Below are positions 36,490 through 47,140 of a stretch of 50,291 bases of DNA, one piece after another. Within the stretch, counting starts at the first letter, position 1, and every line of letters starts with the position of its first letter. The position numbers and the translations under genes are program-made. The DNA is from a virus (lineage: Duplodnaviria; Caudoviricetes), in the IMG/VR virus record IMGVR_UViG_3300003877_000002, positions 1-50,291 of that record; one strand, 5' to 3'. The notes under the pieces are model-generated. The model saw only the letters and a list, made by a program, of their open reading frames with translations. It was not told the DNA's origin and searched no databases.

Positions 36490-37212
36490 ATGGCAACTTC
36501 AGGTAGCGTAAATTATACAACCAATAGAGATGAGATCATTAAAGATGCTTATCTTTTAATTGGTGAATTGGATGAAGATAGTGATCCTTCTTCTTCTCAA
36601 TTAGCTGGTGCTAGTAGAGTCCTTAATAAGATGACTAAAGCATGGCAGGCTTATGGTCTACAGTTATGGAAAATAAAACAAGCTTCCATTACTCCTGTAG
36701 CTAGTACTTACCAGTACACAATAGGAACTAGTGGTGCAGTTTCTATGAATCGTCCTCTTCGTATTATAGAGGCTTACCGTAGAGAAACTAGTACAGTTGT
36801 AGATGTATCCCTAACTAAAATGACTAGGGAAGAGTATTTTGATTTATCTGATAAGGATACTACTGGTACACCTGTAAACTATTATTATGATCCTAAACTA
36901 ATTAATGGTGTTTTACATGTATGGCCTGCTCCTGACAGTACCTTTGCTTCTAACTATACAATAGAAATATTATACCAAGACCCACTTGAAGATTTCGATG
37001 CTTCTGCTGACGAAGCTGACTTTCCTCAAGAATGGTTAGAAGCAGTAACTTATGGATTAGCTATAAGACTTGCTCCCGGAACAGGTATTGGTATTATGGA
37101 AAGACGAGAGCTTAAAAAGGAAGCAAACGAAGCTTTAGCTCTAGCCTTATCTTTTGATGTAGAAGACGGATCTGTTTTCTTTCAGCCAGATGCTAGAGAT
37201 TCTTGGAGTTAA
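36490..37212 (+). CDS. head-tail adaptor / tail tubular protein
   Basis: TGTPVNYYY, VWPAPD, FPQEWLEA..YGLA. Confidence 0.7.
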   Translation: MATSGSVNYTTNRDEIIKDAYLLIGELDEDSDPSSSQLAGASRVLNKMTKAWQAYGLQLWKIKQASITPVASTYQYTIGTSGAVSMNRPLRIIEAYRRETSTVVDVSLTKMTREEYFDLSDKDTTGTPVNYYYDPKLINGVLHVWPAPDSTFASNYTIEILYQDPLEDFDASADEADFPQEWLEAVTYGLAIRLAPGTGIGIMERRELKKEANEALALALSFDVEDGSVFFQPDARDSWS

Positions 37213-37218
37213 TATAGA

Positions 37219-39045
37219 ATGGCAGAATCCATAAAAATCCCTGTAATGCCTTCTCTTAATATTGAGGAGTTCTCTGGAGCTTCAATTGTTACAGCATCTA
37301 CTCTATCTACTAATATTGTCTATGATAATTATCCTGCCGGTATAGTATATGCTACTCAACGTCCTTCAGTAAATACTATCGAAGATGCGTCAGAACAAGG
37401 TGTAGGTGAGAAGGGTAGAGGTATACACTATTGGGCAGCCCAAGATAAATTATATATTGTAAATGATAATAAAGTATATATAGATTCTTACTCTGGTGGT
37501 ACAAGTCTAACTATAACTACTGGTACTAATAAATGCTACTTTACTGAAGTGGGTATTTATTTAATGCTTATTGATCCAGAGAATAATCAAGGCTGGGTAA
37601 TTGCAGCAGAAGATGTTATATTAGAAATGACTGGTGCAAGCAACTGGGCAGCGGTAGCAGGTAATCCTGCTTATGATTTTACTTATTTCCCTACAAACCT
37701 TTCCTATTCTCTAGCAGAGGGAACTACAACTCTAGATGGTACAGGCTATGTATTGTCAACAAATGGTGAAATAGCTGGCTCTGATATTGAGACTCCTTTA
37801 CAATGGGATGTTGCTAATGTAATTACCTCTGAGAAAGAGCCTGATATAGGTGTCTTCATAGGTAAGGTACATGATAACATTGTAATATTAAACACTAAGA
37901 CTATTGAGTATTTCTGGGATGCTGGAAATACTACAGGAAGTCCACTAAGTCCTAGAGATGATATGAGCTTTAATATAGGTTGCTCCGATGGTAAATCTGT
38001 ATGGATAGAAAGTGATATTGTCTACTTTACAGGACTTAGTAATTCTGGTGAGATAGGTACTTATAAGATAAGCAACTTTACACCAGCTAAAATATCTAAG
38101 CCTCCCACAGACAGTTATCTAACTACTGCTAAAGTAATAGATAATATTAGTATTTTAGGTTCTGGTTTCTCTAGCGGAGGACGTACTTACTTTATATGTA
38201 CTTTATATGAAAGTGGTACTACCATTACACCTAGAGATACCCTAGTATATAATCTACGTAGCGATACATGGACTTTGTGGGAGCATAGCTACTCAGAGAT
38301 TGATCAGTTCCCTCTAGTAGCGTTTACTGTATCTACTTCTACAAGTAGCAGTGTTAGTGGTAAAGGTATTCTAAGTAATGGAGATTACATATCTATTCTA
38401 GATGACTTTAATCCACAAGATGCTACCAATGCTCTAGTTTATGTAGAAGGCTTATTAACTGCTACAGGTACGGCTGATATATCTTTTAATAATGCGACTA
38501 GCGTTATAACATCTACTACTACTGACTTAAGTAGCTTTAGTAATGGAGATCAGTTCGATGTAACTAATGCTACTGATGCAGGAAATAATACTTCCTACAT
38601 AGTATCCGGTACACCTACTACTACCTCTATTACTACGGGAACTGCACCAGCCACTACTAGAACTAACGATGCAAATGCTGTAACTCTTACTAGAGATGCA
38701 TATGTAGTAAGTGGTTACGTATCTTCTACTGGTGCTTCTGGTACTGTTATCCCCTTTACTATACGAGTAGGACACTTAGATTTTGGTACTAGGTTAAAAA
38801 AGAGAGGACACAAACTTAGGTATGTTGGAGATAAGACTAAACTTGAACAGACCTTAACTATTACATGGTCTAAAGAAGATCATGGTAGCTTTAACACTGG
38901 ACGGACTTTAAACTTAAATAACCCTAATAGTCTTATTACTAGAATTGGATCTTTCTCTTCTATTACGTTTGAAATAAATGGTGCTTTTACAGAACAGATA
39001 CGTATGGAAGGATTAGAGTTTGAAATGAGTAAGAATAATAAATAA
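37219..39045 (+). CDS. P22 gp10-like tail hub / DNA stabilisation protein
   Basis: Beta-propeller-like 608 aa, TIEYFWDAG, TLVYN...W; position. Confidence 0.7.
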   Translation: MAESIKIPVMPSLNIEEFSGASIVTASTLSTNIVYDNYPAGIVYATQRPSVNTIEDASEQGVGEKGRGIHYWAAQDKLYIVNDNKVYIDSYSGGTSLTITTGTNKCYFTEVGIYLMLIDPENNQGWVIAAEDVILEMTGASNWAAVAGNPAYDFTYFPTNLSYSLAEGTTTLDGTGYVLSTNGEIAGSDIETPLQWDVANVITSEKEPDIGVFIGKVHDNIVILNTKTIEYFWDAGNTTGSPLSPRDDMSFNIGCSDGKSVWIESDIVYFTGLSNSGEIGTYKISNFTPAKISKPPTDSYLTTAKVIDNISILGSGFSSGGRTYFICTLYESGTTITPRDTLVYNLRSDTWTLWEHSYSEIDQFPLVAFTVSTSTSSSVSGKGILSNGDYISILDDFNPQDATNALVYVEGLLTATGTADISFNNATSVITSTTTDLSSFSNGDQFDVTNATDAGNNTSYIVSGTPTTTSITTGTAPATTRTNDANAVTLTRDAYVVSGYVSSTGASGTVIPFTIRVGHLDFGTRLKKRGHKLRYVGDKTKLEQTLTITWSKEDHGSFNTGRTLNLNNPNSLITRIGSFSSITFEINGAFTEQIRMEGLEFEMSKNNK

Positions 39046-39064
39046 CTAGAAGGAACAAAGTTCT

Positions 39065-39619
39065 ATGGCTACTAAATTATCTCCACCACCTTCTATTATA
39101 GACTTAGTTACAAATAATAAAACTGCTGATTCTATTTGGAAGAAGTGGTTTTCTCTATTACGTGACTATATTTTAGCAAAGAGATATGCTAATATCTATG
39201 CTTCAGAGAATTCTACTGAAACAGCTATAGCTGCCTCTAACACATGGTATCAGATTACAGTATTTGATACAAATGGGCCTGATAATATACTAGTAGCAGA
39301 TTATACAAATGCTCATATAGTTATAAAAAAGACTGGTGTATATTTAGTAGCTGCTTCTATTTCCTTAGATGGTACTAGTGGAGGGGGCAGATCTTATGAA
39401 GTAACTGTATTTACAAATAACGGTGCTACTGAATTAGCAAATGTTCACGGCTCTACTAGATTGTCTGGAGCAAGTAAAGAACAAATGTCTATTACTATAA
39501 TTGGTATTGCCCTTCTAAATGATGGTGATACTCTAGAGACATGGATAAAGAATTTAACTGGAACTGAAAACGCATTAGTTGAAGACATTTCTTTAACTGC
39601 TATTGATATAGGTATATAA
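39065..39619 (+). CDS. tail needle/fibre protein with C1q/BclA-like domain
   Basis: LSPPP..WKKWF N-terminus; IVIKKTGVYLV. Confidence 0.55.
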   Translation: MATKLSPPPSIIDLVTNNKTADSIWKKWFSLLRDYILAKRYANIYASENSTETAIAASNTWYQITVFDTNGPDNILVADYTNAHIVIKKTGVYLVAASISLDGTSGGGRSYEVTVFTNNGATELANVHGSTRLSGASKEQMSITIIGIALLNDGDTLETWIKNLTGTENALVEDISLTAIDIGI

Positions 39620-39624
39620 ATATT

Positions 39625-40518
39625 ATGAGTAACATAAGACAAAGAGCAATTAAAGGTAGTGACGTAACGCAAGCAGAACTTGATGCTAACTTTAAGCGGA
39701 GAGTTACTGCTAAAATTGTTAGTTATACTATAGATAAGAATGATAATGAAGACACTATTGAATTTAAAGGTACTGATTTAATAGCTACCCTACCAGCAGT
39801 ATCTTCAATTACTTCTACTTCTACCGGTTCTGAGACTGGAGAGTTTATAGTAACTCTGCATAATCTTGACTCTACTGCTTTGACATATACCCCTGCTGGG
39901 GCAGATACAATTGCAGGAGTCAATGCATCAAAATTACTTGGTCAGTATAAAAGTGTTACTCTACAGACTAATGATGCTCAGGATGGATGGAATATCCTAG
40001 GCTCAGCAGAAGTAGCTGGAGTTCAGGTATTAGATTCAGACAACACGGCAACAACATGGGCAAATACATCAGCAACACAAACTATTTACACATATTCCAT
40101 ACCTGCGAATACTGGCGCTGCTGATGGAATGTTTAGGCTTACCCTTTTAGGAGAATACTTTAATAGTGTGGGCACAAATTTATTCATTGTTAGTGTTAAG
40201 CTTGGAGCTACATCAATAGTAAATAGTGTCGTGAGCATGACAAACAGTGGAACCACAAGAACAATTAAGCTTGTTGTTACTATTCCTGTTGTTTCATCGT
40301 CTGTTCAGTATGGTCAAGCGTTCCTTGATATTGCAGATCCAGCATCAACTGCCCAATGGGTAGCGGACACCGTGAGCGGGGCTTCTTATTCTGCTCGTAA
40401 TACACTAGCAGAGGATTTAAGTACGGCTCTAACTCTGTTGGTCACAATTAAACACCCAGCAGCAGACGCAAACATATCGTTTATAAAGCGTTCAGCAACA
40501 TTAGAGTATTTACCGTAA
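39625..40518 (+). CDS. tail fibre-like protein
   Basis: AELDANF N-terminus, T/S/A-rich beta composition. Confidence 0.55.
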   Translation: MSNIRQRAIKGSDVTQAELDANFKRRVTAKIVSYTIDKNDNEDTIEFKGTDLIATLPAVSSITSTSTGSETGEFIVTLHNLDSTALTYTPAGADTIAGVNASKLLGQYKSVTLQTNDAQDGWNILGSAEVAGVQVLDSDNTATTWANTSATQTIYTYSIPANTGAADGMFRLTLLGEYFNSVGTNLFIVSVKLGATSIVNSVVSMTNSGTTRTIKLVVTIPVVSSSVQYGQAFLDIADPASTAQWVADTVSGASYSARNTLAEDLSTALTLLVTIKHPAADANISFIKRSATLEYLP

Positions 40519-40531
40519 GGAGTAAAGTAAT

Positions 40532-41479
40532 ATGGGTAGTTTTTCTTTAAGTAGTTTAACTGATATTGCTACTAACCCATCTACTCTACTAGGGGTAGGA
40601 GGGGCTATTGCTGGCAATATGATAGCTCCGGGTATTGGAGGAGCTGTTGTTGGGGGTCTTTTAGGATCTTCAATAGGTGGTGGTATCTCTGGAGCTAATG
40701 CTGCTGAAGAAGCAGCAGCACTTAATAGGCAAGGAACACAAGCTGGTATAGACGAAAGTGCTCGCCAGTTTGATATTACACAAGAGCAGTATAAGCCTTA
40801 TAGAGAAGCTGGTGCTCGTGGGCTGAGTAAATATGAATCTCTTATGAATAAGGGATATGAAGGAAATCCACCTGAGTCTTTCTCTTATACAGGAGAAGAT
40901 TTTGCTAAAGGGCAAGATCCGGGCTATCAGTTTAGAGCAGATACTCAAACTACTGCCCTAGATAGAATGATGGCTAAGCGAGGACAAAGAGGTGGAGGAG
41001 CTCGTTATAGAGGTCTCATGGAACTGTCTGGTAAATTAGCTTCTCAGGAATTTGGGGCTGCTCGTGGAAGAGCTTTTCAAGACTACTCTACTAGAGTTTC
41101 TAGAGAACAAGAACAGTATCAACGTAATTATTTAACTCCTCTATCTAACTATGCTTCTTTAGCAGGTATCGGGGGTTCCGCTACACAACAGCTAGGAGGA
41201 CTACGATCTAACTACGCTACTAATGTATCTAATGCCTATGGACAAATGGGGGCTACTGATGCTGCTGGAGTACTTGGACAACAATCTGCTATGCAAGGTA
41301 TGTTTAATAACTTTGCAGGTATAGCTGGTATGGCATACAGTGGAGGTATGTTTGGTGGTGCTCCTGCTGCTGGAGCCACTAATGTTTATGGGGGTGGAGG
41401 TATGCCTAATGTGGGAAGTAATTATCAAAATAATCCTTTAACTTCACCTATGAGATTTGGTTCAGGGGTATATCAATGA
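40532..41479 (+). CDS. DNA ejection (pilot) protein, P22 gp7-like
   Basis: Gly/Ala hydrophobic N-terminus, PYREAG, DPGYQFR. Confidence 0.75.
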   Translation: MGSFSLSSLTDIATNPSTLLGVGGAIAGNMIAPGIGGAVVGGLLGSSIGGGISGANAAEEAAALNRQGTQAGIDESARQFDITQEQYKPYREAGARGLSKYESLMNKGYEGNPPESFSYTGEDFAKGQDPGYQFRADTQTTALDRMMAKRGQRGGGARYRGLMELSGKLASQEFGAARGRAFQDYSTRVSREQEQYQRNYLTPLSNYASLAGIGGSATQQLGGLRSNYATNVSNAYGQMGATDAAGVLGQQSAMQGMFNNFAGIAGMAYSGGMFGGAPAAGATNVYGGGGMPNVGSNYQNNPLTSPMRFGSGVYQ

Positions 41480-42645
41480 GTATATTAGATCAAATAGCTA
41501 ATCCAAAACAATCTAATGTAGTAGGTTCTTTTCAAAAAGGAATGGCTTTCGGAGAAGATGTTAAATCTAAACGTCTATCTCAGGAAGAGTCACGCCTACG
41601 TATTGCTGAATCTAGGTCTAAAGCAGAAGAAAGATCTCTAAATAAGAAATTGCGTGCACTTACTCGTACTGCTAAAGAGCAGGCACAAGAAAGAGTAATT
41701 GAAAATACAGACCTCATGGACGAACAAACTACTGCACAACTAGAACAAGAGAAGTCTAAGGCTGAAGAAGGACGCTACGTGTCTGATGTTAATACAGTTG
41801 CCATGAAGTTAGGTGGTGTTAATGCTAACTTAGATGAGAAAAGCCCTACATACTCACAAGATAAGAAGCGAGTAGAGCAGCAGAAAGCTGATGTAGTCAG
41901 AGACTTGTTTGAAGAGACTCCTAAACTAGCTGAGAGAATGTTCCCCGGTAAATCTAAGGAGTGGGTAGTCCAGAACTTTGGTCAGGTTATGACTGGGGCT
42001 GTTAATACAATTAAACAGATTCAAGCTATACAGCTACAACAGACTAAAAATGAAGGTGGTGTTAATGCAGCTAAAGCTGCTGCTGGTGCTGTACCTGTAC
42101 AATATGGAGAAGCAACTCCTAATGAACAAGTAGCTGCTAGAAACATTATTGCTGGAGATCCTTTCTTCAGTACTTCTTTTGGAGATCTTACTGAGGCAGC
42201 AGCGTCAAATGATCTTAATGGTATTGCTCAAAGGTTTGCACAAAATAAAAAGAATTTAGCTACTGATATACAAAATAAGTGGAAAGCGTATAGCGCAGAT
42301 AGGAATCCTAATAAGGGCCCTTTCCGAGCACCTACTGGTGATGATATAGAAAGACAGGCTATGTTTGATACTAAAGCCTTCTTCTTTAAACCATCTTCTA
42401 CTTATGCTGGAATGGGTAAAGATGTAGTTAAGTCTATGTCTTTAACAGAAGCTTATAATTTATACCAAGAGACTTCTCCAGACATTTATGAATATTTGGA
42501 TACTACGCAGCGTAAAAAATTCCGTGCCTTAGATATACAAGGCAGAGAAAACATAGTATATAGAAAGTATATAGAGCATCGTAGACAAGAGCTACTTAAT
42601 GCACAAGAAGCCGCAGCAGAATCTACTAACATATTCGGACGCTAA
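41476..42645 (+). CDS. probable ejection protein
   Basis: Helical, Q/E/A-rich; position. Confidence 0.55.
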   Translation: MSILDQIANPKQSNVVGSFQKGMAFGEDVKSKRLSQEESRLRIAESRSKAEERSLNKKLRALTRTAKEQAQERVIENTDLMDEQTTAQLEQEKSKAEEGRYVSDVNTVAMKLGGVNANLDEKSPTYSQDKKRVEQQKADVVRDLFEETPKLAERMFPGKSKEWVVQNFGQVMTGAVNTIKQIQAIQLQQTKNEGGVNAAKAAAGAVPVQYGEATPNEQVAARNIIAGDPFFSTSFGDLTEAAASNDLNGIAQRFAQNKKNLATDIQNKWKAYSADRNPNKGPFRAPTGDDIERQAMFDTKAFFFKPSSTYAGMGKDVVKSMSLTEAYNLYQETSPDIYEYLDTTQRKKFRALDIQGRENIVYRKYIEHRRQELLNAQEAAAESTNIFGR

Positions 42646-42647
42646 TT

Positions 42648-45600
42648 ATGGCACAATACGGATCTTGGTCTCTTAACGAAGTACTCGGTAGAGATAAGGA
42701 AAATAGAGAAGCCAAAGAAGCTTATGATAATAAGCCTACTTACTCCGATCCTATGGCAATGTTTGAAGGTACTGATACCGACGACTTTCCTATGGAAGGA
42801 TTTTGGGATGCAAAGAAAGAAGCTACCCCAGAAGAAGGAGAACCTGCTAAGGAAGTTCAGAAAGAGTATAAAGACTATGTTCCTACAGAGGAAGATAGGC
42901 TCCTGCGTAAAGAATCTGAAGAGTCTGGTATACCTTACACTATTGATGAAGAACCTCGTCCAGATAAAGAAGCTCCTTCTACAGCTAGACAGTTTGCTTT
43001 TGGCGAAGCTGAAGCTGCTATGCAGAGCGGAGAGGCTCTAACTTCTGGCCCTATTAGGTCTATGAAGAATTACTTCATTGCTAATGAACCTTACTTAGCT
43101 GCTGCTTATGGTGCTAAGAAGACTGGTAAAGATGATAGAGAAAGTGACTATTCCTTCTGGTCAGATGTAAAGGACTTCTACTTAGGCGGAGCTAAGTTTT
43201 TAGGGGCACAGGTAATAGGCCTACTTCAGACTGAAGAACAGAGTAAAGCCATGTCACGCCAAATGGTAGTTGATCTATATGGTGAACGCTGGTTAGATAT
43301 GACTCCTGATGAACGTAGAGAAGAACTAGATGCAAATGCTAAGACTTCTTTAGAAAAACAATTTCCAGATGTGTATGGTACTGAATACGCACACACTGTA
43401 GCTGCTGGCGCGGGTAATATATATAAGAGCTTACAAGATCCTACTACTGCTTTAGGTACTGCTGCGCAAGCAGGCTACAAAGGAGTTATGGCTGCCTCTG
43501 GAGCTTTTGGTCTACTTGAATCTAGTACTAGACAACTCTCTAGGGAAGGTACTGTAGATCCTGTAGATACAGCAGTAGAGACTACTGTAGCGGCTCTAGC
43601 TGGCCCAATCTTTATGTATGCTGGTAGAGGTATAGGGGCAGTCGGTGGTAAGATTCTAAATACTACTAATGCTAAACTTATTGCTCGTAATGCAAATAAA
43701 ATCATAGATAAGTATGAAGACTCTTTCAATAGAGGTATCGCACAAGGTACTTCTGAGATTATGTCTCGTAAGGCAGCTATGTATGCTGCTGGTGATATAC
43801 AACCTTCTGTTTTGGCTACTATGTACGAACAGACAGGCAGAGTATATAAACAACCTAAAAACGCTAAAGCGGCTAAGAAACTCTTCTCTCCTGAAGAAAC
43901 TAGTTCTATGTGGAGAACCTATACTGATAATATAGTAGGTGCATGGGATCATGTCGCTACGCCAGTTAGTTACCAGATTAATAAGATTAGTCCCAAGATA
44001 GGTCTAGCTCTTCGTGAACATGATGCTAAGGTACATTTTCGCACACTTACATACCAAGCTCGTATAGCTCCTTGGAAAGATCAGTTTAAAACATTAACTA
44101 AATCTGAACAAAGAGATTTAGCTAATATGTTAAATGATAACTCAGAAGAAGGCCTTAAAGATGCCTTCAAGTTTATGTGGGCCAAAGCTGAAGAAAATCC
44201 TGACAAATTCAAAACCTTTGCTATTGAATATAGCAATATTCGTAAGCTATTAAAAGAGGCTTATGATGACCACCAAGCAGTAGGATATAAATTTAAACCT
44301 ATTGACTATTACTTCCCTTCTCAATTAAAGAATCCTAAGATTCTAAATGGTGTAGAAATAGGTGTTCTTGATGCTAAACTCAAAAACGCTGCTGCAAAAA
44401 AAGGCAGTCCTCTCACAGAAAAAGAAGCTAATAAAATACTACAGCGTACTATTCTAAGTACTCCTAAGAAAAGATCTAAAGGTAAAGTCTCAGGACACCT
44501 TAAGGCTCGTACTCGCTCTGGAGAAATGAGAGACTTTCTTAAGCCTCATTATATGGATCCAGCAGAAGCTCTAGATTCTTATTTCAAGAACTCTGCTTAT
44601 ACTATTGAACGTGGTGCCTTCTTTAGGGGCTTTGGTTATAAAGGTAAGATGGACAGAGAAGTAGAAGATATGCCACAGCGTATCAATGGGCTACTGCACT
44701 CACAACGTAGTAAGATGACTGTGACAGATAGAAATAAAATTGATTCTATGTTACATGCTAGATTTACTTCTGGTGAAAAATCTGCTAATAGAAATTTACA
44801 GCGTCTAAAGGATCTAGGTTATATCAATACTCTTACTGATGTTTTATCTGCTGTTACTCAGTTTGGTGATCAAGCTTTCGGACTATATAAGAATGGAGTC
44901 ATTACCCACACTAAAGCGGTATATGACACTCTATTTAAACAGGGAGTTGTTCGAGAAGACATTGGCCTAAACGACATCATGCAAGAGATGATGAGTGATC
45001 CGGGTAAAATATCAAAGAGCCTAGATCATTTTCTAACATGGTCTCAGTTTAAAAGGATTGATAGGTTTGGTAAGAATGTAATACTGAATGGCTCTCTTAG
45101 GAAAGCTCGTGCTATGGTATCTACTCCTACTGGTCGTAGACAATTTATGGCTAAGTATGGTAAGTACTTCGAGGAAGAAACTCCTCAGCTTATGAGAGAT
45201 TTGAATGGTTGGGAGAAGGGGGCTGATATGCCTGCTAATGTGAGGCTATTCCTATGGAATGAACTAGCTGACGTACAGCCAATCTCTTTGTCTGAACTAC
45301 CTCCATTTTATTTAGAGCATCCTGATGCTAGGATTCTCTATGCCCTTAAGACATTTACTATTAAACAAATAGCCTTTATGCGTAAAGAGATTGTAGATCA
45401 ATATAAGGCTGGTAACTCTAAACAAGCTACAGAGAACTTAGCTAGATTCTCTACTTTCTGGGTACTTTCTGGATTAGGTGTAGATAAGTATAAGTCTATG
45501 ATGAGTGGCGACCCCTTTACCGTAGAAGATAGTGCTCTAGAAAGTATACTTAAACTAATACCTTTCGGCAGTCGTTATACCGCAGAAGCTATAATTAAAG

Positions 45601-45860
45601 ATGGTGGATGGGAAACTATGCTCGCTTTCTTCTTACCTGCTGCACCTCCGGGAGGAGGAGTATATGAAGCAATAGTAAATCAGGATATTAGTAAGGCTCT
45701 AGTAGACGTACCTATTGTAGGTAAGACTCTAGACAAACGTAGAAGAAATAAAGAAAGACAAGCTAAAGCAATGAAGACTCCGGGGTATGTAGATCCTCGT
45801 AGACCAAGCATGTTTAGGACTGGTAATATTAATTTAAAAGCAGGGTATCAGGAAGACTAG
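42648..45860 (+). CDS. large internal virion / ejection protein
   Basis: 1070-aa helical protein ending the tail module. Confidence 0.6.
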   Translation: MAQYGSWSLNEVLGRDKENREAKEAYDNKPTYSDPMAMFEGTDTDDFPMEGFWDAKKEATPEEGEPAKEVQKEYKDYVPTEEDRLLRKESEESGIPYTIDEEPRPDKEAPSTARQFAFGEAEAAMQSGEALTSGPIRSMKNYFIANEPYLAAAYGAKKTGKDDRESDYSFWSDVKDFYLGGAKFLGAQVIGLLQTEEQSKAMSRQMVVDLYGERWLDMTPDERREELDANAKTSLEKQFPDVYGTEYAHTVAAGAGNIYKSLQDPTTALGTAAQAGYKGVMAASGAFGLLESSTRQLSREGTVDPVDTAVETTVAALAGPIFMYAGRGIGAVGGKILNTTNAKLIARNANKIIDKYEDSFNRGIAQGTSEIMSRKAAMYAAGDIQPSVLATMYEQTGRVYKQPKNAKAAKKLFSPEETSSMWRTYTDNIVGAWDHVATPVSYQINKISPKIGLALREHDAKVHFRTLTYQARIAPWKDQFKTLTKSEQRDLANMLNDNSEEGLKDAFKFMWAKAEENPDKFKTFAIEYSNIRKLLKEAYDDHQAVGYKFKPIDYYFPSQLKNPKILNGVEIGVLDAKLKNAAAKKGSPLTEKEANKILQRTILSTPKKRSKGKVSGHLKARTRSGEMRDFLKPHYMDPAEALDSYFKNSAYTIERGAFFRGFGYKGKMDREVEDMPQRINGLLHSQRSKMTVTDRNKIDSMLHARFTSGEKSANRNLQRLKDLGYINTLTDVLSAVTQFGDQAFGLYKNGVITHTKAVYDTLFKQGVVREDIGLNDIMQEMMSDPGKISKSLDHFLTWSQFKRIDRFGKNVILNGSLRKARAMVSTPTGRRQFMAKYGKYFEEETPQLMRDLNGWEKGADMPANVRLFLWNELADVQPISLSELPPFYLEHPDARILYALKTFTIKQIAFMRKEIVDQYKAGNSKQATENLARFSTFWVLSGLGVDKYKSMMSGDPFTVEDSALESILKLIPFGSRYTAEAIIKDGGWETMLAFFLPAAPPGGGVYEAIVNQDISKALVDVPIVGKTLDKRRRNKERQAKAMKTPGYVDPRRPSMFRTGNINLKAGYQED

Positions 45861-45861
45861 T

Positions 45862-46143
45862 ATGGCTGAAAATGAAGTAGTTGAACGTAGACATGATATG
45901 TACTTATATGAAGCGATCGGGCACTTGCGAGGGCAGATTGAAGGATTGTCAGAAGCAGGTAAAAGGACAGACAACGAGGTGCATAAATTGGGAACTCTAT
46001 TTGCTGATTATATGAAAGAGACTAATAAGAAGATGCAATTTATGAGTAGATCAATAACTATATTGCTTATACTTGTAGTACTTAATTCATTAGGAGTACC
46101 TATTCAAGAGTGGACTAAATTAGCTCTTAGGATAGTGTTGTAG
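45862..46143 (+). CDS. putative holin or lysis-associated membrane protein
   Basis: Coiled coil plus C-terminal TM. Confidence 0.45.
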   Translation: MAENEVVERRHDMYLYEAIGHLRGQIEGLSEAGKRTDNEVHKLGTLFADYMKETNKKMQFMSRSITILLILVVLNSLGVPIQEWTKLALRIVL

Positions 46144-46147
46144 GCCA

Positions 46148-46498
46148 GTGTTAGATTTTCTATTTGGTAACTCTAAGACATCCTCTAAAGTAGTTGATAG
46201 TATTTCCACTGGTTTAGATAAGCTAGTCTATACTGACGAGGAAAAGGCGGATGCATCTAAGTTAGGGATTGAACTCTTCATTAAATACCAAGAAGCCACC
46301 CAGCCACAGAATGTGGCTAGGCGGTTAGTGGCGTTGATTGTAACTTCTGTATGGGCTTTCTGTATTGCTCTAGGACTACTTACATATCCAATTAGTCTGG
46401 AGTATTCTCAGTACATCCTATCTGTTCTACAAACAGTAGTTACACCTTCATTCCTCGTCATTGTCTCCTTCTACTTCTGGAAGAGGCTTAAATCCTAA
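46148..46498 (+). CDS. putative holin (GTA 3TM holin-like)
   Basis: LDKLVYTDEEKA, ARRLVAL, two TM segments, basic tail. Confidence 0.65.
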   Translation: MLDFLFGNSKTSSKVVDSISTGLDKLVYTDEEKADASKLGIELFIKYQEATQPQNVARRLVALIVTSVWAFCIALGLLTYPISLEYSQYILSVLQTVVTPSFLVIVSFYFWKRLKS

Positions 46499-46714
46499 AC
46501 GAGACTGAAACTTAGTAATTAGTATTGCTAAGTTCTCACCTTTTTTTGTTAATACTCCCAGATCACAGGGAATTGGGCCATATACAGGTGGTGGTACATA
46601 CTGAGGCTCAGGACATTTCCTAACCTCTAATATTTCAATGCGATCCTCTAGAGCATTAATTTTAGCTACTAACTCGTCGATCCATTTATCATCTATGTCG
46701 TGATTGTATGACAT
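46448..46714 (-). CDS. hypothetical protein
   Basis: Last minus-strand ORF, overlaps the holin 3' end. Confidence 0.5.
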   Translation of the reverse strand: MSYNHDIDDKWIDELVAKINALEDRIEILEVRKCPEPQYVPPPVYGPIPCDLGVLTKKGENLAILITKFQSRLGFKPLPEVEGDNDEE

Positions 46715-46717
46715 GCT

Positions 46718-47140
46718 CTAAACTCCATGTGGCCAACTATTATACCGCATCATTGCAGCTAAAGTTAAAGCTCTCTTACCTACTTGATGAGACCACTTAG
46801 AATCTAACATCTCTTCAGATGCAAGTTTAAAGTTACCTGCTTCTAGGGCAGCTATCATACGCTTAAATCCTGCAAAGCGATAGGCTCCTAGATTAAATAC
46901 CATATTAACTATTACTGCTTGTCTGACTTCAGTTAGTTCATTATACCACTTAAACTCTCTAGCTTGTTTGTAGGCATTAGTAAATGTACGGTCAAATAGA
47001 TCGTCAATGATATAGTCAGGTAGTCCTAGGTCTGTAAGGTTGTAACCAATTCCAATTGTAGTCTTACCTTCTGTATCCTCATAGGGGAAGTTCCGTCTCC
47101 CCTCCTGTAGTATCAATAGTGCTCTAGCTCTCTTACTCAT
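46718..47140 (-). CDS. endolysin, T4-lysozyme-like muramidase
   Basis: QEG...YEDTEGKTTIGIG (E-8-D-5-T), NMVFNLG, EMLDSKW..QVGKRA. Confidence 0.92.
   Translation of the reverse strand: MSKRARALLILQEGRRNFPYEDTEGKTTIGIGYNLTDLGLPDYIIDDLFDRTFTNAYKQAREFKWYNELTEVRQAVIVNMVFNLGAYRFAGFKRMIAALEAGNFKLASEEMLDSKWSHQVGKRALTLAAMMRYNSWPHGV

Noticed and set aside
42648-45860. N4-like virion RNA polymerase reading the hairpins
   Set aside because: Far smaller than N4 vRNAP and no polymerase motifs seen
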